From the NCBI GenBank assembly GCA_963837945.1, contig CAWIQD010000009.1:64529-128528 (forward strand): a stretch of DNA of 64,000 bases. The letters run 5' to 3'. Within the stretch, counting starts at the first letter, position 1. The number at the start of each line of letters is the position of its first letter. Under the pieces are notes generated by a model. The model was not told the DNA's origin, ran no database searches, and saw only the letters and a list, made by a program, of their open reading frames with translations. A program made the translations under genes and the position numbers. Positions 44,773 through 55,535 of this stretch are shown here, piece by piece. This DNA is from an uncultured Acidobacteriota bacterium (GTDB lineage: Bacteria > Acidobacteriota > Thermoanaerobaculia > Multivoradales > DATKCC01).

Positions 44773-46218
44773 CTACCCGGTCTCGCGGCGCAGGCCGATC
44801 CCGAGGCGCAGGCGGGCGACACAGCCCCGGCCGCCCCGGCGCTCCTCCAGGGTGACGGTGCCGCCGTGCGCCTCAGCGATCTGGCGCGAGAGCACCAGGC
44901 CGATGCCGGTGCCGCGCGGCTTGGTGGTGTAGAAGGGGACGAAGAGGTTTTCGGGGTTCGAGAGGCCCGGCCCGGAGTCCTCCACCCAGACCTCCACCCC
45001 CGACTCGCCCGGCCCCCACCCCATGCGCACCCCGCCGCCGGTCTCGAGCGAGGCCTCGGCGGCGTTCTGCACCAGGTTGATCAGCGCCTGCTCGAGCTGG
45101 TCCGGGTCGGCGGGCAGGGTGAGGTCCGGGCCGGCTTCGACCGTGACCGGCACCCGCCACTCGAGCGCCGCCACCCGCCGGACGAGGGGCGCGATCTCGG
45201 TCTCCCGGATCGACGGCGGGGGCAGGCGCGCCAGGCGGGAGTACGCGGCGAGAAAGCGCGCCAGGGCTTCCGAGCGACCCGAGATCATGCCGAGCGAGCG
45301 GCGGGTGTCGGCCTCCCAGTCGGCGGGCCGCGGGTCCCGGTCGAGCAGGTTGGCCAGGGTCTCGGCGGTCGACTTGATCGGCGCGAGCGAGTTGTTGAGC
45401 TCGTGGCCGAGCACCCGGATCAGGCGCTTCCAGGCCTGGCGTTCCTCTTCGCGCAGGGGGCGGGAGAGATCCGAGAGCACGATCAGCCGGACCGGCAGGC
45501 CGTCCTTGCGAAAGCCGCTCCGGCGCACGTCCCAGCGCGCGGCGCGGCCCGGGAAGGCGCGGTCGACCAGGCGGTTCGCTTCGCCGGTCAGGAACTCCGC
45601 GAGGCCGAGCTCGGCCGCCGAGCTCCCGAGGACGGTCTCGGCCGGCCGCGCGAGGAGGCGCGCGCCGGCGCGATTGACCACCTGCAGGCGCTCGTCGCCG
45701 TCGAAGGCGAAGACCGCGACGTCGATCGCGTCGATCACCTTGCGCAGGAGCACCGTCGCCTCCATGGCTCCGAGCCGCTGCTCGCGGAGGATCGCGCCCA
45801 GGGCGTTGACCTCGGTCATCACCTCCTCCATCGGGCCGCCGCCCAGGGCGGTTCGGGCGCGCAGCGAGAAGTCGCCTTCGCGCAGCGCCTCGAGGAGGTT
45901 CGCCAGGGTGTTCAAGGTGTAGGAGAGGCGGCGCAGGAGCACGATCGGCAAGCCGACGGCCAGGCCGAGCAGCAGCAGGGTGGCGCCGACCGCCAGCGGG
46001 CCCTCGATCCGGTCCCAGAGCAGCGCGAGCGCCAGCGCCGCGGCCGGCAGGCCGGCCCCGAGGGCGAGCAGGAAGAGGCGGAGCTCGAACGCGAGGCGGG
46101 GCGGTCGCTCCTCGTCCGCGGCGGCGGCGGCGTCGCCGGGGACCTCGATGGCCGGCGGCCCGGCGTCGCCCGTCTCGCCGCCCTCGTCCGGCGTCGAGTC
46201 CGACCCCGGCCCGCTCAT
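44773..46218 (-). CDS. membrane sensor histidine kinase (HAMP/PAS)
   Basis: H-box HELNNSL, NLVQNA, DSGPG, FYTTK..GTGIGL. Confidence 0.93.
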   Translation of the reverse strand: MSGPGSDSTPDEGGETGDAGPPAIEVPGDAAAAADEERPPRLAFELRLFLLALGAGLPAAALALALLWDRIEGPLAVGATLLLLGLAVGLPIVLLRRLSYTLNTLANLLEALREGDFSLRARTALGGGPMEEVMTEVNALGAILREQRLGAMEATVLLRKVIDAIDVAVFAFDGDERLQVVNRAGARLLARPAETVLGSSAAELGLAEFLTGEANRLVDRAFPGRAARWDVRRSGFRKDGLPVRLIVLSDLSRPLREEERQAWKRLIRVLGHELNNSLAPIKSTAETLANLLDRDPRPADWEADTRRSLGMISGRSEALARFLAAYSRLARLPPPSIRETEIAPLVRRVAALEWRVPVTVEAGPDLTLPADPDQLEQALINLVQNAAEASLETGGGVRMGWGPGESGVEVWVEDSGPGLSNPENLFVPFYTTKPRGTGIGLVLSRQIAEAHGGTVTLEERRGGRGCVARLRLGIGLRRETG

Positions 46219-47597
46219 CCCGAGTCCGTGCCGAGCTCGTACTTCTCGAGCCGGCGATAGAGCGCGCTGCGGGAGAGCCCGAGAGCCCGGGCGGCGTCGC
46301 TCACGCTGCCGCCGTGGCGGTCGAGCGCCTTCTGGATCATCACGCGCTCGGCCTCCTCGAGGGTCATCTGCTCGAGGCGGGGCGCGGGCGGCTCGAGGCC
46401 GGTCTGGGCGAGGCCCAGGTCCTCCTCCCGGATCGTTTCGTCGCGCGTCATGAGGACCCCGCGCTCGATCGCGTGGTCGAGCTCCCGGACGTTTCCGGGC
46501 CAGCCGTAGCGGGTCATCGCCCGGGTCGCCCCCTCGCTGAAGCCGGAGAGCGCCTTCCTGTAGCGCCGGCCGTGGCGTTCGAGGAAGCGCCGGGCGAGCC
46601 GGGGAACGTCCTCGCGCCGCTCGCGCAACGGCGGCAGATGGATGGTCACGGTGTTGAGCCGGAAGAGCAGGTCCTGGCGGAAGCGGCCGGCGGCGACCTC
46701 GGCCTGGAGGTCGGCGTTGGTCGCGGAGAGGATGCGGACGTCGATCGTCCGGGTGCGCGAGGAGCCGACCCGCTCGAGCTCGCCGGTCTCGACCACGCGC
46801 AGCAGCTTCGCCTGCTGGGCGAGAGTGATGTTGGCGATCTCGTCGAGGAAGAGGGTGCCGCCGTCGGCCATCTCGAAGCGGCCGATCCGCTCGTCCTTGG
46901 CGTCGGTGAAGGCGCCGCGGACGTGGCCGAAGAGCTCGCTCTCGAAGATGGTGTCGGAGAGGGCGCCGGTGTTGACCGTGACCAGCGGGCTCCTGGCCCG
47001 CGGCGAGAGGCCGTGGAGCACCTCGGCGAGCAGGCTCTTGCCGGTGCCGTGCTCGCCGGTGATCAGCACGTTCGCCTCCGACGGGCCGATCCGCTCGACC
47101 AGCTCGAGCACCGGGCGCATGGCGGGCGCGTCGGCCACCAGGCGCGTGCCGTCGCCGCGCAGCAGCCGGTTCTCGGCCTCGAGCCGCTGGCCCCGGCGCA
47201 GGGCCCGGGCGAGCTCCACCTGGGTGGCGACGAGCGAGAGGAGCCGGGCGTTGTCCCAGGGCTTCTCGATGAAGTCCCGGGCGCCGCGGCGCATCGCCTC
47301 GACCGCCACGTCGACGCTCGCCCAGGCGGTCATGACGACGACCGGCAGGCTCGGATCGACGGCGCGGAGCTGGTCGAGGAGCTCGAGGCCCTCGCGGCCG
47401 GAGGTGGTGTCGCGGGCGTAGTTGAGATCGACGAGGACGGCGTCGAGCTCCTGGGCGCGGACCGTCTCGAGAACGCGCGCGGGCGAGGTCGCGGTCACGA
47501 CCTCGTAGCCCTCCCCCTTGAGCAGCAGGCGGAGAGCGTCGAGGACGTCCTGCTGGTCGTCGGCGACCAGCACGCGGGGGGCGGTCTCGCGGCTCAC
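46215..47597 (-). CDS. sigma54-dependent response regulator (NtrC family)
   Basis: Receiver domain, GEHGTGKS, ELFGHVRGAFTDA, Fis-type HTH. GTG 47597 lies 7 nt after TAGAAT. Confidence 0.95.
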   Translation of the reverse strand: MSRETAPRVLVADDQQDVLDALRLLLKGEGYEVVTATSPARVLETVRAQELDAVLVDLNYARDTTSGREGLELLDQLRAVDPSLPVVVMTAWASVDVAVEAMRRGARDFIEKPWDNARLLSLVATQVELARALRRGQRLEAENRLLRGDGTRLVADAPAMRPVLELVERIGPSEANVLITGEHGTGKSLLAEVLHGLSPRARSPLVTVNTGALSDTIFESELFGHVRGAFTDAKDERIGRFEMADGGTLFLDEIANITLAQQAKLLRVVETGELERVGSSRTRTIDVRILSATNADLQAEVAAGRFRQDLLFRLNTVTIHLPPLRERREDVPRLARRFLERHGRRYRKALSGFSEGATRAMTRYGWPGNVRELDHAIERGVLMTRDETIREEDLGLAQTGLEPPAPRLEQMTLEEAERVMIQKALDRHGGSVSDAARALGLSRSALYRRLEKYELGTDSG

Positions 47598-47634
47598 GAG
47601 GCCCATTCTACGCAGGTCGCCGGCCCCCGCCGGA

Positions 47635-49525
47635 TCAGCCGTCTCCCGCGCAGCGCAGGAGCAACCGCCGCCGGGCCGCGCGGCGCTCGGCCAGTGACAG
47701 CTGCCGCGCCGCCGAGGCGAGCTCGGGCGCGATCCAGCGCAGATCGAGCTCGGCGTGGCGCTCCACCCGGAAACCGCCTCCCTCGAGGAGGGTCACGGTC
47801 TGCCGAAAGCGGCCGGCGTCGTTGGCCGTCTCGTCGTCGGCCGCCGCGGGAGCGCACCAGGAGGCCGGGGTCTCGAGCTTCCCAGACCGTCGCCCAGCGG
47901 ACCGGCCGGACCGCGAGCGGGCTCTGGAGCCCCTCGAGCTTCGAGGGCTCCGGGAAGGCTTCCGGCGCCGGCAGGGCGAGCGAGCGGACCGACGAGCCTT
48001 CCACCAGCCGCGGAAAGCTGGCGGAAGCCGAGAGCTCGACCATGGGCAGGCCGTCGACGTCGCCCTGGCTCCAGCGGGGCGTCCCCAGCCGGGCGCCGGG
48101 GAGGACGCCGTGGAGGACTTCGGTCGCCACCTCGCCGAGCCGCTCCGGGGTCGCCGAGGCCGTCATCCGGGAAAGGGCCCAGGCTCCCGAGCCGGTCAGC
48201 CGGAGCTCGGCTCGCCCGGCGGCGTCGCCGCTCTCGGAGACCTGCAAGTGCACCGTCAGGCTCCGGGCCTCCCGGCCGGCGAGGACCGGCACCGTCGCGA
48301 GCTCCGAGGCCTCTTTGCGCACCACCAGGGCCCGCTGCCCCTGGAGCGCCGGGTGGAGCCAGGTGAGGCCGCCCATCTCCTGGGTGGGGTCGACGAACAG
48401 GTAGCCGCCGCCGGCGGCGTCGTCCGGCCGCGGCGCCACTTCCGCCGCCGGCACGGCCACGATCAGGTGGTTGAACTGGTCGGCGGCGGGGAAGTCCGCG
48501 TCGATCCCCCGAGCTTCGTCGAGCCGCACCAGCGCCGGGTGGGCCTCGATTCCGGCGTCGGCCAGCAGGTCGACCAGGAGCAGCGCCTTGTCCTTGCAGT
48601 CGCCCCACCGGCGCTCGAGCACCTCGGCCGGCGGCGTCGGCCGGTAGCCGCCGACCCCCATCTCGACCGCCACGTAGCGCACTCGCCGGCGGACGAAGCC
48701 GAGGAGCGCCGCGAGGCGCCCGCGCGGGCTCTCGGCCCCCGCGGCCGCCTCGCGGCCCGCGGAACGCACCGCTCCCGAGCCGCGCGGGACGTCCCGGATC
48801 AGGTGCTCGTACCACCGGCCCACGTCCCCCCAGGTCCGCGCCGTGCCCCAGGCGATGTGCAAGACCGGCTGCGGATCCTCGTCGCGCTCCGGCGGCTCGA
48901 GGCCGGTGGCCGAGAGGGTGAGCCCGCCCGCGCGTTCGGTGACCTCGAAGGGGACCGCCCCGCCCTCCTGGGCGACGGCCGGCGGCGGGTCGATCCGCCA
49001 GCGGAAGCCCTCGCCCGCTCCGCGCACCTCGACCGTCAGGCTCTCCTCCGGCGCGTCACCGGCGAAGAGCGGGACCGTGGCGCTCTCGAGCCACGGCTCC
49101 TCGCGGATCTCGTAGGCGACGTTGAGCACCGAGCCCGCGGGCAGCGGCGGGAAGCGCAGCAGCCGGGCGCGCGCCGAGCTGTGGAGGACGCCCGCGCCGC
49201 CCGCCCCCTCGACGGTCGTGACGTCGTCGGCGCCGAGGACCACCCGCGAGCCGTCGGGCCGGAGCGCCCAGCCCGACGCCGAGACCAGCGTGTCGTTGTC
49301 GTCGAGGGGCACCGGGAAGGGCGACCAGGCATCGAGGTCGCCGGCCTCGTCGAGGCGCACCTGCAAGGCCACGCGCTGGTCGAGGACCCCCGCCGGGTCG
49401 AAGGCGAGAACGATCCGGCGCGCGAGCACCGTGTCGCCCCGCGCCGCGGGCGCCAGGGCCGCCGACAGCGCCAGGACGGCGAGCAGGATCGCCCTAGTCG
49501 TGGAGCAGGAGCAGCTTCTGGCCAT
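47635..49525 (-). CDS. DUF3857/transglutaminase-like secreted protein, catalytic (frameshift near 47880)
   Basis: WGDCKDKA, FNHLI, FVDPT triad. The C-terminus (..NDAGRFRQTV..LLLRCAGDG*) is in another frame ending at 47635. Start codon uncertain. Confidence 0.85.
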
Positions 49526-51439
49526 CGCTGGTCTCGGCGGCAGCGTAGAGCCCGCGCAGCGCCGCGTAGGCCTCGCGGCCGACGAACTGCCGCTCGCGGG
49601 TGTCGAACCGGCGCGTGTAGGTGAGCGCGTGCCCCGCGGGATCGAGGAGCACCTGGGCGGTGAAGGCCCCCGCAGCGCTCGAGTAGCTCGTCGCCTCCGG
49701 CTCCGCCTCGGGGCGCCAGCCGTCGGGCCAGGAGAGGGTCAGCTCGACCTCGTCCCGGTCGGCGAACGGCAGGAGGACCGGCGTCAGGCGGTCGGAGGGC
49801 GCCAGCGTGAAGCGCTGGGCGACCGGCCCCAGGGGCCGGCTGAGGACCACCGCCGCCTGGTCGCCGAGCACGTCTTCCTCCCGTTGCGCGAGGCTCCAGG
49901 CGAGCTCGATCCGAGGGGCGTCCAGGTCCTCGGAGACCGTCACCTCGCTCACGTCGAAGCCGGGGAACGAGGCCTCGAGGTACTCGGTCAGGGCGTCGCG
50001 CCGATCCTCGGAGGTGGCCTCGGAGCGCAGCCACGCCGCCGCGTGGTGGCCCTCGAAGACCAGCCGGCCGGTACCGCTCACCGCGCCGTCCTCGGACAGG
50101 CGCAGGTCGAGCGTGGCGTGGCGCAGGTTGCTCTCCCAAGGCCGGGTCGGGAGCTCGATCTGCTCGGGCTTGCGCCGGCTGAAGACCAGGGCCCCCATGC
50201 CTTCCAGGTCGGCTTCGAGATAGCCGAAGCCGTTGCCCGGCTCGGAGGGATCGAGGAACACCTCCCGCCCCCCAGCCCGAGACGCACGAGGACCTTCTCG
50301 AACCAGTTCGGGTTGGCGAGCGCGAGGTCGATCTGGCCGGAGCTCCGCTCGGCCGCCCAGACCAGGTCGCCTTCGAGGCCGGCGGCGTCGAGCATTGCCT
50401 GGAGGATCAGCGCCTTGCCCGCCGGGTCCGCCCGCTGCGCCCGGAGCATCTCGTCCAGGGTGTCGTCCAGAGAGGGTGCGACCGAGGGGAGGGGGAGCGG
50501 TGGCGATCGAGTCCCGGACGAAGGCGAAGATCGCGCGCGCCCGCGCCTCCGGCTCGGCGCCCGCCGTCCGGGCGATCTCCTTGCCCTTGGAATGAACGGC
50601 GCCCTCGGAGTGCCGGGCCTCGGTGTAGAGCGAATCGAGGACCTCGCAAGTCGACCGCCAGTCGTGAAACAGCGGATAGCGCTCGATGTCCGTGGGCAGG
50701 AGGATGAACCGCGACGACAGGTCTTCGAAGGGGAACGCCTCGGGCTCGTCGGGGATCGGCGGCAGGTCGTCCATCCACACCTTGAACTCGGTGCCGCGCG
50801 CGGTCTTCTGCTGGCTGTGCTCGAACGTCCGGCCGAAGGTGGCACTGCCCCAGGGCGCCGCGGCCACGTCCGCGGGGCACGTAGTAGGTGATCTCCGAGT
50901 GGAGCGTCGGGATCCAATCCTGGAAGTACCACGGGTCGAGGTGGGCGATCGACTCGAAGCGCAGCTCGTAGCGGTAGTCGAGGATCGCGCCCGGCTCGAT
51001 CGCCGGGAACGTGGCGGTGGTCAGGCTCCAGCGCTTCTGGTCGGCCACCGTCTGCTGGAAGAGGGCGTCCTCGGGCACCGGCACCTCCCGCCCGTCGGGC
51101 AGCACCGTGCGCCCCTCGAAGGAGACCAGCCGCACGAAATCGCTGTGGGGCACACGGACCTCGCCGTACTTCTTGCCCTCCTCGGTCAGGAGCTTGATCC
51201 GGCCCTCGACCACGAGGCTCGAGGCCGTCTGGCTGACGAGCGTCCCCATCATGGTGAAGCGGGCGTCGCGGTAGAGGACCACCGCCGGCGCTTCCGGGTA
51301 GCCCGGCACGGAGGACATCTCCCGCTCGCTCTTCGCGACGGGCGGGAAGCCGGCCGCCCGGAGAGCGGCGGGCGAGGCGATCGAGCGGCAGGATCGCCAG
51401 GGCGAGGGCGAGGCGGAGGAGGTTACGGCGTTCAGGCAT
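49494..51439 (-). CDS. DUF3857/transglutaminase-like paralog, probably inactive (several frameshifts)
   Basis: Segments in ORFs 50078-51484, 50407-51318 and 49494-50867: APAVVL..PGAILDYRYE..WYFQ..IFAFVRD..KALILQAML..FLDP. SD AGGAG precedes ATG 51439. Confidence 0.75.
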
Positions 51440-51656
51440 GGACACTCCTGGCATCGTGAGGAGCCTCCGGCGGCTCGCGGGCACGACGGCGCCCGCGTTC
51501 CGGAGTCCCGGTTCCAGAACTACGTGTCCAAGGATAGCAAAACGATTTCGTCAACCACAGAAGAAGGCGGAAAGCCGCCGGCATGCGCCGGCCGGGGGAC
51601 CGCGGCGATCACGGGCCCCCGGGCCGGCAGGAGAGGGATGGGGAGGGGTCAGCCGT

Positions 51657-52400
<744 letters not shown>

Positions 52401-52528
52401 CGGTCGCTCTCCTGGGTCCGCGGTACGCGTACGCCGGTTCGTTCGGTGTCGGGAGTTAGTACGGTCTTCGGTCCCGATGTGTTTCGTACTTCAGCGCTCC
52501 TGCGAGTATAAGCCCCTTCTGGCCGGCC

Positions 52529-53788
52529 TCACTCGAGCTTGATCCGGTCGACCTCGTCGAACTGGGAGGTGTCCGAAAGGATCACCTCGTCCCCGACGTC
52601 GAGGCCCTCGACCACTTCGATGGTGTCGACGGAGGCCCGGCCCAGCTTCACCGGCACGCGCACCGCCATGGCGCCGTCGTCGATCAGCTTGAACAGCTCC
52701 ACCTGGCTGTTGGCCTGGCCGTAGGTGGGCCGGTTGACGTAGAGGACGTCGTCGAGCTTCTCGATCTGGATCGTGCCGTCGACCGAGAGATCGGGGCGCG
52801 CGCCCGGCGGCAGCGCGCCCTCGAGCGCGACGTCCACCGTCACCGTGCCCTCGTGGACCGAGGGATCGATGCGCGAGACCTTGCCGGCGACGATGCCGTT
52901 GCGGGTGTCGATCTTCGCCGGCAGGCCGATCTCGATGTCCTTGGCCTGGGTCTCGGCGATCCGCAGCTCGGCCTTGAGGTCCTCGGGCTTGGCCACCCGG
53001 GCGAGCACGGTGCCGGCGTTGACCCGCTCGCCGACCTCGACCGGGACCTCCTGGAGGACGCCCGCGATGCCGGCCCGCACGCGCAAGGAGCCGACCTCCT
53101 CGCGGCGCAGCCGGTAGAGCGCCTCGGCCTGCGCGAGCTTGGCCTTCTGCGCGTCGAGCTGCGCCTGGAGCGACTCCTGGGCCTTGTCGAGCCGCCGCTT
53201 CTCGAGGTCGACCCGCTTCTCGAGCTGCTCCGAGCGGATCCGCGAGCGCTTGAGGTCGATCTTGGGGATCAGCCCGTCCTTGTCCAGGGTCTCGTTGGCC
53301 TCGACCTGGAGCTTGGCCTCGCTGTAGTCGGACTCCACCTCCGCCGCGCCGGCCTGCTGGCTGAGCAGGTCGCTCTGGAGGCGCACCTTGAGGTCGGCGA
53401 GGTCGGCCTGGGCGGCGTTGTAGGCGAGGCGCGCATCCTCGACCTGCTGCTCGAGCTGGGGGTTGGCGAGCTCGAGGATCACGGTGTCCGGCGCCACCCG
53501 CACGCCCGCCTTGAGGTGGATCTCCTCGACCCGGCCCTCGATCGAGGTGGTGATCCAGCGGATCTCCTCCGGCACCAGCGAGCCGGGGCCGCGGACCTGG
53601 CGGATCATCGAGCCGCGCTGGACCTTCCCCGTCCACACGCTCTGGCGCGAGACGCTCATGGCGGCGGGCTCGAGGCTCGAGATGCCGTAGCTCACGAGGA
53701 CCACCGCGGCCAGCCCGATCGCCCCGTAGATGATGCGCTTCTTGCGGCGCTTCTTCTTGAAGTCCTTGCGCTCGACGTCCATGCTCAT
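52529..53788 (-). CDS. efflux periplasmic adaptor (membrane fusion protein)
   Basis: One N-terminal TM helix, lipoyl halves, long coiled coil, RPDLSVDG..GDEVILSD. Confidence 0.92.
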   Translation of the reverse strand: MSMDVERKDFKKKRRKKRIIYGAIGLAAVVLVSYGISSLEPAAMSVSRQSVWTGKVQRGSMIRQVRGPGSLVPEEIRWITTSIEGRVEEIHLKAGVRVAPDTVILELANPQLEQQVEDARLAYNAAQADLADLKVRLQSDLLSQQAGAAEVESDYSEAKLQVEANETLDKDGLIPKIDLKRSRIRSEQLEKRVDLEKRRLDKAQESLQAQLDAQKAKLAQAEALYRLRREEVGSLRVRAGIAGVLQEVPVEVGERVNAGTVLARVAKPEDLKAELRIAETQAKDIEIGLPAKIDTRNGIVAGKVSRIDPSVHEGTVTVDVALEGALPPGARPDLSVDGTIQIEKLDDVLYVNRPTYGQANSQVELFKLIDDGAMAVRVPVKLGRASVDTIEVVEGLDVGDEVILSDTSQFDEVDRIKLE

Positions 53789-53818
53789 GATGCACCTGCT
53801 CCTTTCCCCTCCCACTCT

Positions 53819-53834
53819 AGCAGCCCCCGTGCCA
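53819..53834 (-). promoter_or_regulatory. sigma54 (-24/-12) promoter
   Basis: The minus strand reads TGGCACGGGGGCTGCT (GG-N10-GC), 30 nt before the adaptor ATG. Confidence 0.7.
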
Positions 53835-53907
53835 GGGAGTCCCGAGGTTCCAAGTTACTGACGGGGAAAGGCTTGCACGAGAGGGCAGGATGCCAGCGGC
53901 CACCCCG

Positions 53908-53944
53908 CGTCCGGTCGCGGGACGGCACGTCCCGGAACCGGACG
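53908..53944. promoter_or_regulatory. tandem palindromic enhancer (putative bEBP binding sites)
   Basis: Two CGTCC-N7-GGACG palindromes (53908-53924 and 53928-53944), 20 bp apart and about 75-110 bp upstream of the -24 element. Confidence 0.6.
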
Positions 53945-53960
53945 CGGCCGCCGGAAGGGC

Positions 53961-55535
53961 TCAGCTCCCGCCGGCGGCGGCCTTCTCGGCCTTGTCCTTG
54001 GCCACCGGCTTGGCCGTTCGCACCGCCTCCAGGCCGTGGAGCACGGCGTCGCCCGTCTCCTTCGAGAGGAGGAGCTCGGCGTCGCGAGCCGAGGAGCGCG
54101 CCGGGTAGCCGTTCTCGCCGGCGGCGAAGAGGCTCAGGGTCTCCCGGGCGCCTTTCTCGCCGCTCAGGGCGAGGGTCAGGATCGGCTTGCCGGGCGTCGC
54201 GGGCGGCGCCTCCGGCAGCTCGCCCTTGGCGTCGGTCACGGCGAAGAGCAGGTCGCTCGCCGCGGTGTAGGGAATGGTCTCGGCGGCGCCCTTGGCGGTG
54301 CGCAGCCAGTCGGAGCCCTCCCGGGTCAGGACGAGCGGTCCTCCGCCGCCCGATCCGGACGATCCGCCGGCTCCGGACGGGGCCCGTTCGGCCGTCAGCC
54401 GGCTCACCTCGTAGGAGCTCAGGTCGGTCCACGAGCGCGAGCGCCACTCGTCGACCGGCGTCGCAGCCGTCCGCGCGAGATCGGTCGAGGCCTCGAACAG
54501 CTTGCCGCCGGCGCGAGCGTAGACCGTGCCGGTCGCGCCCTCGACCGGCGAGCCGATGTCGAGCACCAGGGTCTCGGTGGGGGCCGGAGCCGTTTTCGCG
54601 GCGGCGCCGCTCCCCTTCTTCTCGGCGGCCCCGCCATCCGGCGCCTCCGCGGCCTCGCCGGCACCGGAAGCGGACGGCGGCGCGAGCTCGGCCTCGATGT
54701 GCGCGACCGGCGGCTCGAGGCCGAGATCGGCCGGCGCCGGCTGCGTCTCGCCCTTGCCGCCACCTCCCAGGAGCTTGGTCGCCCGCAAGTCGACGAGGTC
54801 CGAGAGCAGGCGGTCGACCTTGTCCGAGTCGGCGAGGTCGGCGAGCGGCTTTTCGAGGTAGAAGCGGTCGTCCCGCTTCGCCAGGACCACCGGCTCTCCC
54901 GGCCGATCGGCCGAGCGCAGCGTCAGGCGCGCGATCCGGTCGCGCCCGGCGGTGAAGATCTCCTTCGACCGCCAGTCGTTGGGCTGTTTCTCGAGCTGGT
55001 CGACGAAGGACCGGGAGGTCACGTAGACCTCGGGCTCGCCGGCGAGCGAGACCAGGAGGTTGTCGGACGCCGGGACGTCGGCGCCGACGACCAGGGTGCG
55101 GGCGCCTTTCGGCGTCTCGAGCGTCACCTTGCCCCGGGGGGAATCGAGGCCCGCCTCTGCGGGCTTGGCGTCCTCGATCGTCCGCTCCTTCTCGAGCCCG
55201 GTGAGCGACGAGAGCAGCCGTTCGACGGCGCTCTGGTCGGCGCGGTCTGCGAGCGGCTCGGTGAGCCGCCACTCGCGCGCTCCCGCCCCCTCGCCCTCCG
55301 CCGCTTCGTCCTCGCCCGCCTCGGCTTTCGGCTTCGCGGCCGGACGCTCGAGGTGCACGGTCCGGTCGCCCCACTGGAGCGTCACCGCGGTCACGTCGTC
55401 GCTTTCGACCGGCAGCACCTTGCGCGAGCGCGCGGTCATCTCTTCGCTCGACGGCAGGTCGCGGCCGAAGAACCAGACGAAGGCGGCGAGCGCCGCCACC
55501 ACGATCGCCAGCACCAGGACGGTCTTCGGCTTCAC
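53961..55535 (-). CDS. DUF4340 domain protein
   Basis: N-terminal TM helix, WRLTEP..AD..V..LL..L repeats, DWRSK; GTGA overlap with the upstream gene. Confidence 0.85.
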   Translation of the reverse strand: MKPKTVLVLAIVVAALAAFVWFFGRDLPSSEEMTARSRKVLPVESDDVTAVTLQWGDRTVHLERPAAKPKAEAGEDEAAEGEGAGAREWRLTEPLADRADQSAVERLLSSLTGLEKERTIEDAKPAEAGLDSPRGKVTLETPKGARTLVVGADVPASDNLLVSLAGEPEVYVTSRSFVDQLEKQPNDWRSKEIFTAGRDRIARLTLRSADRPGEPVVLAKRDDRFYLEKPLADLADSDKVDRLLSDLVDLRATKLLGGGGKGETQPAPADLGLEPPVAHIEAELAPPSASGAGEAAEAPDGGAAEKKGSGAAAKTAPAPTETLVLDIGSPVEGATGTVYARAGGKLFEASTDLARTAATPVDEWRSRSWTDLSSYEVSRLTAERAPSGAGGSSGSGGGGPLVLTREGSDWLRTAKGAAETIPYTAASDLLFAVTDAKGELPEAPPATPGKPILTLALSGEKGARETLSLFAAGENGYPARSSARDAELLLSKETGDAVLHGLEAVRTAKPVAKDKAEKAAAGGS

